The position numbers were made by a program, and so were the translations under genes. Shown here one piece after another: positions 1-7,467 of a stretch of DNA of 45,829 nucleotides. Where the stretch lies: NCBI GenBank assembly GCA_001779205.1, contig MFJM01000062.1:1-45829 (forward strand), written 5' to 3'. Under the pieces are notes generated by a model. That model was not told the DNA's origin, ran no database searches, and was given only the letters and a program-made list of their open reading frames with translations. Positions within the stretch are counted from its first letter, which is position 1. Every line of letters starts with the position of its first letter. The DNA is from Candidatus Gottesmanbacteria bacterium RIFCSPHIGHO2_02_FULL_39_14 (GTDB taxonomy: Bacteria > Patescibacteriota > Microgenomatia > 2-02-FULL-39-11).

Positions 1-16
1 GAGAAATATTTTTCAT
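1..16 (-). CDS. 5' end of a leftward gene leaving the window (partial, 5 codons)
   Basis: The reverse complement of 1..30 reads GAAGGAGGCACTTATGAAAAATATTTCTC. An SD-like GGAGG sits 5 nt upstream of the ATG (14..16). Too short to name. Confidence 0.3.
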
Positions 17-108
17 AAGTGCCTCCTTCAAGAAGCACTTTAGAGGAAAGTTGAAAGTTCGCAAAATGCGGAAAATTCAAAGTTCGTATAACATACATTG
101 AATCATTC

Positions 109-144
109 TTGACAAAATGTATAAAAAGCATACAATAATTGTAT
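109..144 (+). promoter_or_regulatory. Sigma70-like promoter with overlapping palindromic operator for the RHH/PIN operon
   Basis: TTGACA (109..114), 16-nt spacer, TACAAT (131..136). A perfect 7-1-7 palindrome ATACAAT-A-ATTGTAT (130..144) overlaps the -10 and abuts the ATG at 145. Confidence 0.55.
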
Positions 145-408
145 ATGCAGACACAAACGTTAAATATTGCTTTACCTAAAGAGCTTGTTAAACAAGTTGA
201 TAAAGTGGCCGCCAAAGAATTCCGGAACCGCAGCGAACTTATCAGGGAAGTCTTAAGGATATATCTGGAAGACAAAAACGAATGGGAGGAAATATTCCGG
301 TTGGGTGAAATAACGATGAAAAGGATAGGAATTAAGAGCGAGAAAGATATCGATAAAATAGTATTAGAATATAGACATGGCCGTAGAAAGATTAAGAGTA
401 CTCCTTGA
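145..408 (+). CDS. Ribbon-helix-helix (CopG/MetJ-like) antitoxin
   Basis: The N-terminal 'LNIALPKELVKQVDKVAAKEFRNRSELIREVLRIYL' fits a beta-strand/helix/helix RHH pattern. The gene overlaps the downstream PIN gene by 32 nt. First ATG is at 145; the track ORF starts at TTG 139. Confidence 0.8.
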   Translation: MQTQTLNIALPKELVKQVDKVAAKEFRNRSELIREVLRIYLEDKNEWEEIFRLGEITMKRIGIKSEKDIDKIVLEYRHGRRKIKSTP

Positions 409-799
409 TACCAATATTTTAATATCGGCAATTGGATTTGGAGGTAAACCGAGAAAAATATTACAACATGTTTTAAAAAAGAAAATTATAGGAGTAACTT
501 CTTCTATTTTATTGGCAGAACTTGAAGATGTCTTAAATAAAAAATTTACCTTATTGTCACCTCATTTTGAACGGATAAATAAGTTGATCAGGAAGAGATT
601 TTATTTAGTGAAACCCACAGAAGAAATTCGTATCTTAAAGGATGATGATGATAATCGGGTATTGGAAGCAGCAAAGAAAGCTTCGTGCAGTTTTATTGTA
701 ACTGGAGACAAAGAATTATTAGATTTAAAAAACTTTAAAAATATTAAAATAGTTACTGCTGATCAATTTTATAAGTTCTTAACAGAAGAAGAGGTCTAG
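377..799 (+). CDS. PIN-domain toxin (VapC-like ribonuclease)
   Basis: 'VLLDTNILISA' near the N-terminus, 'LAELEDV', 'DDDDNRVLEAA' and 'IVTGDKELL' give the four acidic PIN positions. Size is about 140 aa and it is paired with an upstream RHH gene. Confidence 0.85.
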   Translation: MAVERLRVLLDTNILISAIGFGGKPRKILQHVLKKKIIGVTSSILLAELEDVLNKKFTLLSPHFERINKLIRKRFYLVKPTEEIRILKDDDDNRVLEAAKKASCSFIVTGDKELLDLKNFKNIKIVTADQFYKFLTEEEV

Positions 800-982
800 C
801 CTAAGAATACACTGACATTAACAGACATTATCCTTAACTTTTTTATTGTTGGTATTAATTTGCTTTTTATTGACACTCTTTGAAAAGGTATGGCAAATTG
901 AAATTATGTTAAAAATCATATACAAATGAAATATGAATATATTTTTGCAGAAGAAGAGAGCAACAGAATCATTAATTGAAGA

Positions 983-1171
983 ATGCATTATACGGGGCGG
1001 ACCTTAAAATCCGTGAAAATAATAAGAGAAGATCAAAATTCCCTGGTTTTAAAAGACAATAATTTAATCGCTTTTTTTGCCGGAATAGTTTTTGCTTTAA
1101 GCGGAATTCAGATTATTTTCAATCCTTCTAAATCTATCAATTCAATACCGATCTGGTCTGGAATAGATTGA
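983..1171 (+). CDS. Small hypothetical protein with one hydrophobic segment
   Basis: 62-aa ORF with the hydrophobic stretch 'LIAFFAGIVFALSGIQIIF'. No recognisable family. Same strand as the downstream ORFs. Confidence 0.3.
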   Translation: MHYTGRTLKSVKIIREDQNSLVLKDNNLIAFFAGIVFALSGIQIIFNPSKSINSIPIWSGID

Positions 1172-1203
1172 TAATATAATCATTTGACATTATATTTATT
1201 ATT

Positions 1204-1695
1204 ATGGCAGATATTGGTCGTGATAGACTACCGCTACCACACCCGCCGGAAATAAATGCAAAAGAAGCAGGTGTAACTCCTTTGACTTCTGACGAACTCA
1301 GAAGAAGAGCTGAGGCCAGATCAGAAAAGCTTGCCCGAATCAAATTGAAAGTACATAATGCCTTGGAAAATTTCCGAAACGGTAAAATAAGCGAGAATAA
1401 TATAGAATCACTCAATCCTTCAAGAATTGTAAATACCGATACAGAACAGACAGAATCATCAAAGGCACAAGAATTGTTAAAAGCCATATTTCAAAAAAAA
1501 CAGGGAATTGGAGAATTTGTTAACCAGGCAGTAATGACTAACATGCAAAGAATAAGAAGATCTCAATTATCTGCAACACAAAAATGGCATAATTTAAAGA
1601 CTCAAATAAAACGAGGGGTAGTTTCTCCCAACTTAGAAAATGGGCTTAAAACTTTATTTTGTCAGAACCTGAAGCGCATTCCGGCAAGAGTATAA
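1204..1695 (+). CDS. Hypothetical protein (charged, helical-looking)
   Basis: 163-aa ORF, K/E/R-rich, with no motif I recognise. An extended -10-like TGATAATAT lies about 25 nt upstream (1170..1178). Confidence 0.5.
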   Translation: MADIGRDRLPLPHPPEINAKEAGVTPLTSDELRRRAEARSEKLARIKLKVHNALENFRNGKISENNIESLNPSRIVNTDTEQTESSKAQELLKAIFQKKQGIGEFVNQAVMTNMQRIRRSQLSATQKWHNLKTQIKRGVVSPNLENGLKTLFCQNLKRIPARV

Positions 1696-1713
1696 AATAA
1701 GCCTAATTTTTTT

Positions 1714-2040
1714 ATGGATGATCTCTTTGAAAAATATAAACAAAGAATAAATTCTCTTCCTATTTCTGAAGAGGAAAAAGATAAGCTTTTTAATAATTTT
1801 GCAACCGAACTTCAATTCAATTTAACCAATGCTTTCGCAGATACTTTAACTGACGAACAATTGAAAAAAATTGATGAGGCAGTCAATGATGAAGAAACTC
1901 TCAGAATATATTTTTCAATTTTAAACGAATCATTAGAACTTCCTGAATTTCTGGATTTTATTGAACAGACTTATACGGATATCATGACTAAAACTTTAAG
2001 CTCACTACCTGAATTTACCAATCAACCATCCCTAAAATAA
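1714..2040 (+). CDS. Small acidic hypothetical protein
   Basis: 108-aa ORF rich in D/E/L ('EEEKDKLFNNFATELQFNL...'). No enzyme motifs. It lies 18 nt after the previous ORF. Confidence 0.55.
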   Translation: MDDLFEKYKQRINSLPISEEEKDKLFNNFATELQFNLTNAFADTLTDEQLKKIDEAVNDEETLRIYFSILNESLELPEFLDFIEQTYTDIMTKTLSSLPEFTNQPSLK

Positions 2041-2091
2041 CACTTCTCTCCCCATGAAAAATAGAATTATATACTCTATACTGTAGTTGTG

Positions 2092-2805
2092 ATGAAGAAA
2101 AGTATCGGGCTTTGGCTAATTATTTTTGTATTCATTCTCTTCTTTTCAAGCTATAAAATGGCTTTTGCACAAACAGATCCGCCAACTCCCAACCCGACTG
2201 ATTATAAATTTGATATCAGCGGACCAACTATTACACCTCCCGATTATTCAAAGAATGAATGCCCTATATGCGGGGCGGGGCAATTCTGGTCAAGTGATCA
2301 CGGCTGCTGTAAATTTGATATAAATTTTTCTTCCGCATCATCCTTTAATATTGTCTGCGAGCAGCCGTCAATTGAAGTCTGCACGTATGATAAATTCTGT
2401 ATATCCGGAAAGGGTTGTTTATTAGGAGGTACAAAATTGAGCACCTTTAACCCTTCAGAATTATGCAACAAGCTGATTGTGCCTGAGGAGAATTCTCAAT
2501 GTTTAACCTGCATGCAGGATAATGAACACGTCTGGACGGCAATCGGATGCATACCGATCGGTTTGGCCAACCTTATTTCATCATATTTGGTTAAATTGGT
2601 GATGAGTATCGGCGGAGCCGCTGGATTTCTGGTTTTTCTTTACGGATCATATTTAATTCTGACTTCCGGTGACGATGTAGAAAGAGTAAAACTTGGCAGA
2701 AAATATATTACATCTTCACTTAAAGGTATAATCCTTATTATCTTCGGATTTCTTATATTCAGAATTATTACTGTAGATATACTAAAAATTCCCGGGTTTG
2801 AGTAG
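2092..2805 (+). CDS. Secreted Cys-rich protein with a C-terminal VirB2/TrbC-like (T4SS-pilin-like) two-helix membrane module
   Basis: Signal peptide 'KKSIGLWLIIFVFILFFSSYKMAFA/QT'. About 130-aa ectodomain with 12 Cys. The C-terminal 'GGAAGFLVFLYGSYLILTSGDDVERVKLGRKYITSSLKGIILIIFGFLIF' has the TM-loop-TM layout of VirB2/TrbC-type pilins. ATG at 2092 (GTG at 2089). Confidence 0.6.
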   Translation: MKKSIGLWLIIFVFILFFSSYKMAFAQTDPPTPNPTDYKFDISGPTITPPDYSKNECPICGAGQFWSSDHGCCKFDINFSSASSFNIVCEQPSIEVCTYDKFCISGKGCLLGGTKLSTFNPSELCNKLIVPEENSQCLTCMQDNEHVWTAIGCIPIGLANLISSYLVKLVMSIGGAAGFLVFLYGSYLILTSGDDVERVKLGRKYITSSLKGIILIIFGFLIFRIITVDILKIPGFE

Positions 2806-2810
2806 CAATA

Positions 2811-4469
2811 TTAAGTTTTTCCTTCTCCTTCTGATGGCATATGGGGAACTAATGGAGGTTCTTCAGGTTTCTTCGGATTTACAGTTCCAGGCTTATGGAA
2901 TATTTGACCGATTTTGGTCATTCCTCCTGAGGCTGCGCTACTATATGCATGAGCTATTGTCGGCAGGAACGGAATAATTGAAGCAACCACTCCTAAAATT
3001 GATGCAGGGGTTGTAGGAAAATTCACAAGCGTGTACTCAGGAATAATAGATTTTTTAATCCGGTCAATTATTGCCGGAATGGCCATTAAAACACCGATGG
3101 AGACAAATGAAGATAACACCGTCTGAGTGATGCCCGACAGAGGAGGAGGAAGAAAGGCATTTCCCGTTGAAGAGACTGCTTTTATTATATTAGCTCCGGC
3201 CAGAAAAAGAACCGCTAAAAGCGGAAAAGTAATAATATTAGCCAGCAACCTTTTTAACCATTTGGAAAACTGATTTTTTCCGGGGAAAATATCGGCCAGC
3301 AATAAAAAAGGGGCAAAAACAACGCCAAAGACTATTTCGATATACGAACCAATCAGAGTAAATAAAATCCTGAAATATAGAAATAAAAGAGCAAAATAAA
3401 TGGCAACGATTAAAACTAACTGTTCAAGTTTTTCGATTATTTGCGATGCAAGCCAACCGCTTAAGGGTATAGCCAAACCGCCTGCAGCCAGAGCTCCCGG
3501 GTCAAATTCCAAAGCAAAAAATCTGGTTTCAATGAAAGTAACTATATCGTGTAAGGCTGAAGCAACATTAGGATAAATCTGCATTCCAAGCATAAATGTT
3601 AAATTATCTTTGATCAGATTACGGACGGTATCGGGGATTATTTTTAAAAAGCTGTCGACAAAAGCATAGGGATTTGATTGAATAGTCAGAAAGTCAAAAA
3701 TTTCTCCCGGACTTGTATGACCGTATAAAGATTCAACCAGCTGGGCATCAACCAGATTATTGGTTCTGGCAATCTGAAATACAACCATTAAAGACAGGTA
3801 CATCAGATCGATAAAAAATCCGGCGATGGCAAAGGAAAAAGTTACTGTCAAAACAACCAAAACTGCTTTTAAAATAGTTTTTTCTATATCAATAGAAATA
3901 TTAGGATCGATTTTGAAACGGAATATATAAAGAAATCCGGTAATCAGAAGAGCTATAATGATCAAACTGTAAGCGATATTGCGGCTAATTGACCAGAAGG
4001 ACAGATAGGCTGAGAGTGAAGTCATTCCAAGTCCGGTTGCCTGGGCATAGACTTTGCCACCCATGGAAACATCCGACAGTTTATTCATCAGGGCAAAACT
4101 AAAGGAAGCCGGCGGATTGGCATAGGGAATAATAAAAAGATTGGAGGCAACTCCAAGCAAACCGTTTTTAAAATAATCATGGTTTTTATCTAATTTGAGT
4201 TCAACAGGTAATTTGGCTCCTTTTTTTAAAGATTCCTCCGAAAAACACTTCTCACCGACAATAATACAGGTCACCAGATGCAGATTTGTTACCCAACCGA
4301 TTAATTTTTCCGAATAATGACGGTTAAGATCCGTTGCCGACTGCGTTGCTATTTGAGCAGAGGGTGAGGTTTGGATGGATGTGGCAGATTGTGAATATAC
4401 AGGAGGGGCGGAAAAAATAATTAGGGGAAAAATCAGCAAAAAGATAAAGAGGTTTTTAATAAAGCTCAT
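2811..4469 (-). CDS. Polytopic membrane protein with signal peptide (tentatively VirB6/TrbL-like)
   Basis: 552 aa. N-terminal 'MSFIKNLFIFLLIFPLIIFSAPPVYSQ', at least 8 long hydrophobic segments and a Pro-rich C-terminal tail 'NPKKPEEPPLVPHMP'. The family assignment rests only on topology and on adjacency to the pilin-like gene. Confidence 0.6.
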   Translation of the reverse strand: MSFIKNLFIFLLIFPLIIFSAPPVYSQSATSIQTSPSAQIATQSATDLNRHYSEKLIGWVTNLHLVTCIIVGEKCFSEESLKKGAKLPVELKLDKNHDYFKNGLLGVASNLFIIPYANPPASFSFALMNKLSDVSMGGKVYAQATGLGMTSLSAYLSFWSISRNIAYSLIIIALLITGFLYIFRFKIDPNISIDIEKTILKAVLVVLTVTFSFAIAGFFIDLMYLSLMVVFQIARTNNLVDAQLVESLYGHTSPGEIFDFLTIQSNPYAFVDSFLKIIPDTVRNLIKDNLTFMLGMQIYPNVASALHDIVTFIETRFFALEFDPGALAAGGLAIPLSGWLASQIIEKLEQLVLIVAIYFALLFLYFRILFTLIGSYIEIVFGVVFAPFLLLADIFPGKNQFSKWLKRLLANIITFPLLAVLFLAGANIIKAVSSTGNAFLPPPLSGITQTVLSSFVSIGVLMAIPAIIDRIKKSIIPEYTLVNFPTTPASILGVVASIIPFLPTIAHAYSSAASGGMTKIGQIFHKPGTVNPKKPEEPPLVPHMPSEGEGKT

Positions 4470-4506
4470 TTATTTAACTATACTTAAGTTGCATAGTCAC
4501 ATCAAG

Positions 4507-6579
4507 ATGACTTATGCTAAATATATGCAAACAGTCAATCCGCAACTGCCGAATATGGAAATTCCCCAAAATCTGGAAAGATCAGTCGGCACTACTTTTT
4601 TCCAACAGCATCTGATTGCGAGTTTTGACAGCCAAAGCCGAACTTTGAGTGAAAGCAATTTTCTGAAGACTGAAGCACCGGCATTAACAAGAACGCAAAC
4701 ATTAGATTTATTAATTTCCCTGCAAAGGAACGAAGCCGACTATGCTACTTTTTTCGATAAACTGCCTAACATTACTCTTCATAATCCCGATGTAATACAA
4801 CCGGATATTCCGCTTCAACCGACAGACGAAAAATTAACCGGGATAATAAACATGCTGGCGGAACCAAAAGGAGAAACAAGCTGGATAGAAATATGCAAAA
4901 AATATTCAGGTAGCGGACGAGGAATAATTCAGCTAGCCGATGATTTAATAAAATCAAATCCCAATATCGGAGAAGCGGAATTTAGAGAAATCCTTCAACT
5001 ATTCCACGGGGATTTGAGAACTGAAGCTTACCTGGAAATGGCAAGACTGGACAGAATTTCAGGGCAGAATCCGGAGACTTGGGAATCTTTTTTGGGAGAA
5101 GTTTCCAGAAGCCAAATAAAACCGCAGGACTCGGAATTAAAATTACTGACAATAGGAAACGACGAAGTATTGAGAGCAAATACGGTAAAGTTTATTGAAA
5201 AGCAATCACAATTATTGAAACATTTAAAATTAAGAAGAAGTAGTGAAGATCCGTTTCTGATAATTGATAAACACGGTAAAAAATATGATCTGCAAAATCG
5301 TTCTGAAGCAAAGAGATTGTGGGAGGATTATCTGGTAATCAGGGGAGGAAGCGGTGTTACCTGGGTGGAGAAGGATTTATATAAAGTATTGGAACTTCCG
5401 CGAACTGCTATTCCTGACGAAATAAAAAGAGCATTCAGGAACCTGGCAGTAAAATTTCATCCTGACCACAACAAACAACAAGGAGCAGAAGAAAGATTCA
5501 AGGAAATTAACGAAGCTTATAGCATACTTTCGAATCCTGAAAAAAGGGCAAAATATGATAATTTGGGGAATAATGCAGTTGAATCAATATTAAAACCCGA
5601 CGAAAGGCTGGTTAATTTTTACTTCGATCATCTAAAAGGATACACTCCTCCGAAAGATTGGCATCTAGATGACTCGGGCTGGTGGACTAACAGAAGAACC
5701 GGAGAAAAAATCCATCCCCAAACGCCTCAGGGCGCTTACCGGATAATCCAGGAAATTTTGAGAGGGCTTCCTGATATTTGGGAAGACGGGAAAATCGGAC
5801 CGTTCCTAAACAAATACTATAAACAGCCTCGAGCCAAAAAAACACCACCACAAGGTAATCAAAATCGGAGTAAATCCAAATATGAACCGGAGTCAGTAAT
5901 TAATCCGGATAGTTCAGTAGCCGGACGCACGGACGTAGGTCAGAGGGAAAATAATGAGGACAATTATTTCATTTCGCCGGACGGAAAATATTTCGGGGTA
6001 TTCGACGGAGTGGGCGGAGCCAGCAAAGGGGAGGTAGCCAGTAAAATCGCTAAAGAGACTTTTGCTAACAGTTACCAGCGCAGTCTTGACTTTCTAATGC
6101 AGGAAGCAAACACAAATATTTACAGAACGGGAATAGAAAGAGATTTACAGATGGGTACTACAGGAACAGTTGCCAGAATTATAGGGAACAAACTTGAAAT
6201 AAACCATGTGGGAGACAGCCGGGCATATTTAATCAGGGATAAACAGATATACCAATTAACCACGGACCATGTTAATCCTTATAAAATTAACCAGTTGACC
6301 CGAGTGTTAGGCAGAGATCAAGAAGTGAACCCGGACAGACTGCAGTATAATCTGCAGGAGGGTGACCAGATTCTTCTTTGCACTGACGGTCTGACTAGAA
6401 AAGAGTACGGGCCTTCTGATGCCATAAGATACGGGCTTACTGATGCCGAAATATTAGAGGCGGTAGCAGCATCGGCTACACCTAAGGAAAAAGTAAGATG
6501 GCTAATTTACAGGGCAAACAGCAAGGGAGGCCGGGACAATATTACGGTAATTATCAAGAGTTTTACTCTTAAAAAATAG
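4507..6579 (+). CDS. J-domain (DnaJ-like) / PP2C Ser-Thr phosphatase fusion protein
   Basis: J-domain '[65 protein letters not shown]' with an intact HPD. C-terminal PP2C motifs 'RENNEDN', 'FGVFDGVGG', 'GTTGT', 'VGDSRAY', 'LLCTDGL' and 'GGRDNITV'. Start set at ATG 4507 because the track start (4375) overlaps the divergent gene. Confidence 0.85.
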   Translation: MTYAKYMQTVNPQLPNMEIPQNLERSVGTTFFQQHLIASFDSQSRTLSESNFLKTEAPALTRTQTLDLLISLQRNEADYATFFDKLPNITLHNPDVIQPDIPLQPTDEKLTGIINMLAEPKGETSWIEICKKYSGSGRGIIQLADDLIKSNPNIGEAEFREILQLFHGDLRTEAYLEMARLDRISGQNPETWESFLGEVSRSQIKPQDSELKLLTIGNDEVLRANTVKFIEKQSQLLKHLKLRRSSEDPFLIIDKHGKKYDLQNRSEAKRLWEDYLVIRGGSGVTWVEKDLYKVLELPRTAIPDEIKRAFRNLAVKFHPDHNKQQGAEERFKEINEAYSILSNPEKRAKYDNLGNNAVESILKPDERLVNFYFDHLKGYTPPKDWHLDDSGWWTNRRTGEKIHPQTPQGAYRIIQEILRGLPDIWEDGKIGPFLNKYYKQPRAKKTPPQGNQNRSKSKYEPESVINPDSSVAGRTDVGQRENNEDNYFISPDGKYFGVFDGVGGASKGEVASKIAKETFANSYQRSLDFLMQEANTNIYRTGIERDLQMGTTGTVARIIGNKLEINHVGDSRAYLIRDKQIYQLTTDHVNPYKINQLTRVLGRDQEVNPDRLQYNLQEGDQILLCTDGLTRKEYGPSDAIRYGLTDAEILEAVAASATPKEKVRWLIYRANSKGGRDNITVIIKSFTLKK

Positions 6580-6587
6580 GCATCTTT

Positions 6588-7427
6588 ATGAAAGTTAAAG
6601 CAGACAAAAATCCCAAATATATTCCGGACAGGAGAAAAACTTTACAGGCTTTTGCAGGTGGAATAATTCTGTCTGTAATCACCTTAATTCTCTTTTTTTA
6701 TATCATTTTAGTTCCAAGGTACGAAAAAAACTTGGAAAAGCAGGTGGAGGAAAGAACAAATTCTTTTTGGAGAAACCGGGAATACAGAATACCGGTATTG
6801 TCACCTACACCGATAATCAATAATTGCCCAAAATGCCAGGAACAAATATATAACTGGGACAATATCATGGAGTTTTATTCCATTAAAGTTGCTGATCCCG
6901 CCTGGGTAAAACTTGAAAGTAACAGGGTCGGAATAAGATTTGAATATCCGATTGAGGCAAATAAATTAGTCATGTTTGAATTTAATGAATGGGGGGAAAA
7001 CATATCCGATCCGAGCGGAACCGTATTTGTCTGGTCAACAAGAGGGTTAGGTGAAGAATTCGGAGAAGACTATTTTGCACAGGGAGCATCAAAAGATATA
7101 AAAGTCGGCCGCGAGGAGGTATTTTTATACAATTGGACCGAAAGCGAAGGAAAATATTATGTTAATGACACTAACGGCAATTCATATAAAGTAGAAAATA
7201 TTTTCACCAGAGAAATTCCAGCCGGCGGAAGGGCGTTATTGTTTAATACATTATGTTTTTGGGAGTATAAAGGGGGCTGCGAAGAAATAGAATATTCAAA
7301 AACGCTGATTGTCAATTTTCCCTTAAACCATCGAGAAAAAATTGAGAGCATACTATTTAACATACCCGCCGGTTTTACGGATGCCGACATTGAAAGACTG
7401 ATTGAGTCAATTGATTTTATTAAATAA
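6588..7427 (+). CDS. Membrane-anchored hypothetical protein (N-terminal TM, extracytoplasmic domain)
   Basis: 279 aa. TM segment 'AFAGGIILSVITLILFFYIILV' after a basic N-terminus. It starts 8 nt after the J-PP2C stop. No recognisable family. Confidence 0.6.
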   Translation: MKVKADKNPKYIPDRRKTLQAFAGGIILSVITLILFFYIILVPRYEKNLEKQVEERTNSFWRNREYRIPVLSPTPIINNCPKCQEQIYNWDNIMEFYSIKVADPAWVKLESNRVGIRFEYPIEANKLVMFEFNEWGENISDPSGTVFVWSTRGLGEEFGEDYFAQGASKDIKVGREEVFLYNWTESEGKYYVNDTNGNSYKVENIFTREIPAGGRALLFNTLCFWEYKGGCEEIEYSKTLIVNFPLNHREKIESILFNIPAGFTDADIERLIESIDFIK

Positions 7428-7438
7428 TGAAAAATCTT

Positions 7439-7460
7439 ATCTCTTCGGAGATTGTTTTTT
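7439..7460 (+). terminator. Rho-independent terminator of the 6588..7427 gene
   Basis: ATCTC-TTCG-GAGAT hairpin (UUCG tetraloop) followed by TGTTTTTT, starting 12 nt after the stop codon. Confidence 0.55.
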
Positions 7461-7467
7461 GGCGCTG

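Noticed and set aside
800-982. 183-nt spacer after the PIN gene, checked for tRNA, sRNA and promoter
   Set aside because: It has only a TTGACA (870..875) with a weak TG-G-CAAATT about 18 nt downstream. It has no convincing hairpin or terminator and no tRNA-like arms. There is not enough to call a feature.
1137-1487. 116-aa minus-strand ORF overlapping 1204..1695
   Set aside because: The plus-strand ORF is longer, is co-directional with its neighbours and has a plausible upstream -10. The minus ORF is Ser/Leu/Phe-rich, like an antisense frame. Confidence in either remains moderate.
4375-4506. N-terminal 44 codons of the 734-aa track ORF (J-PP2C)
   Set aside because: This stretch overlaps the 5' end and signal-peptide region of the opposite-strand 552-aa gene (start 4469). 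It translates to low-complexity 'KISKKIKRFLIKLIYL'. The ATG at 4507 leaves a clean divergent arrangement.
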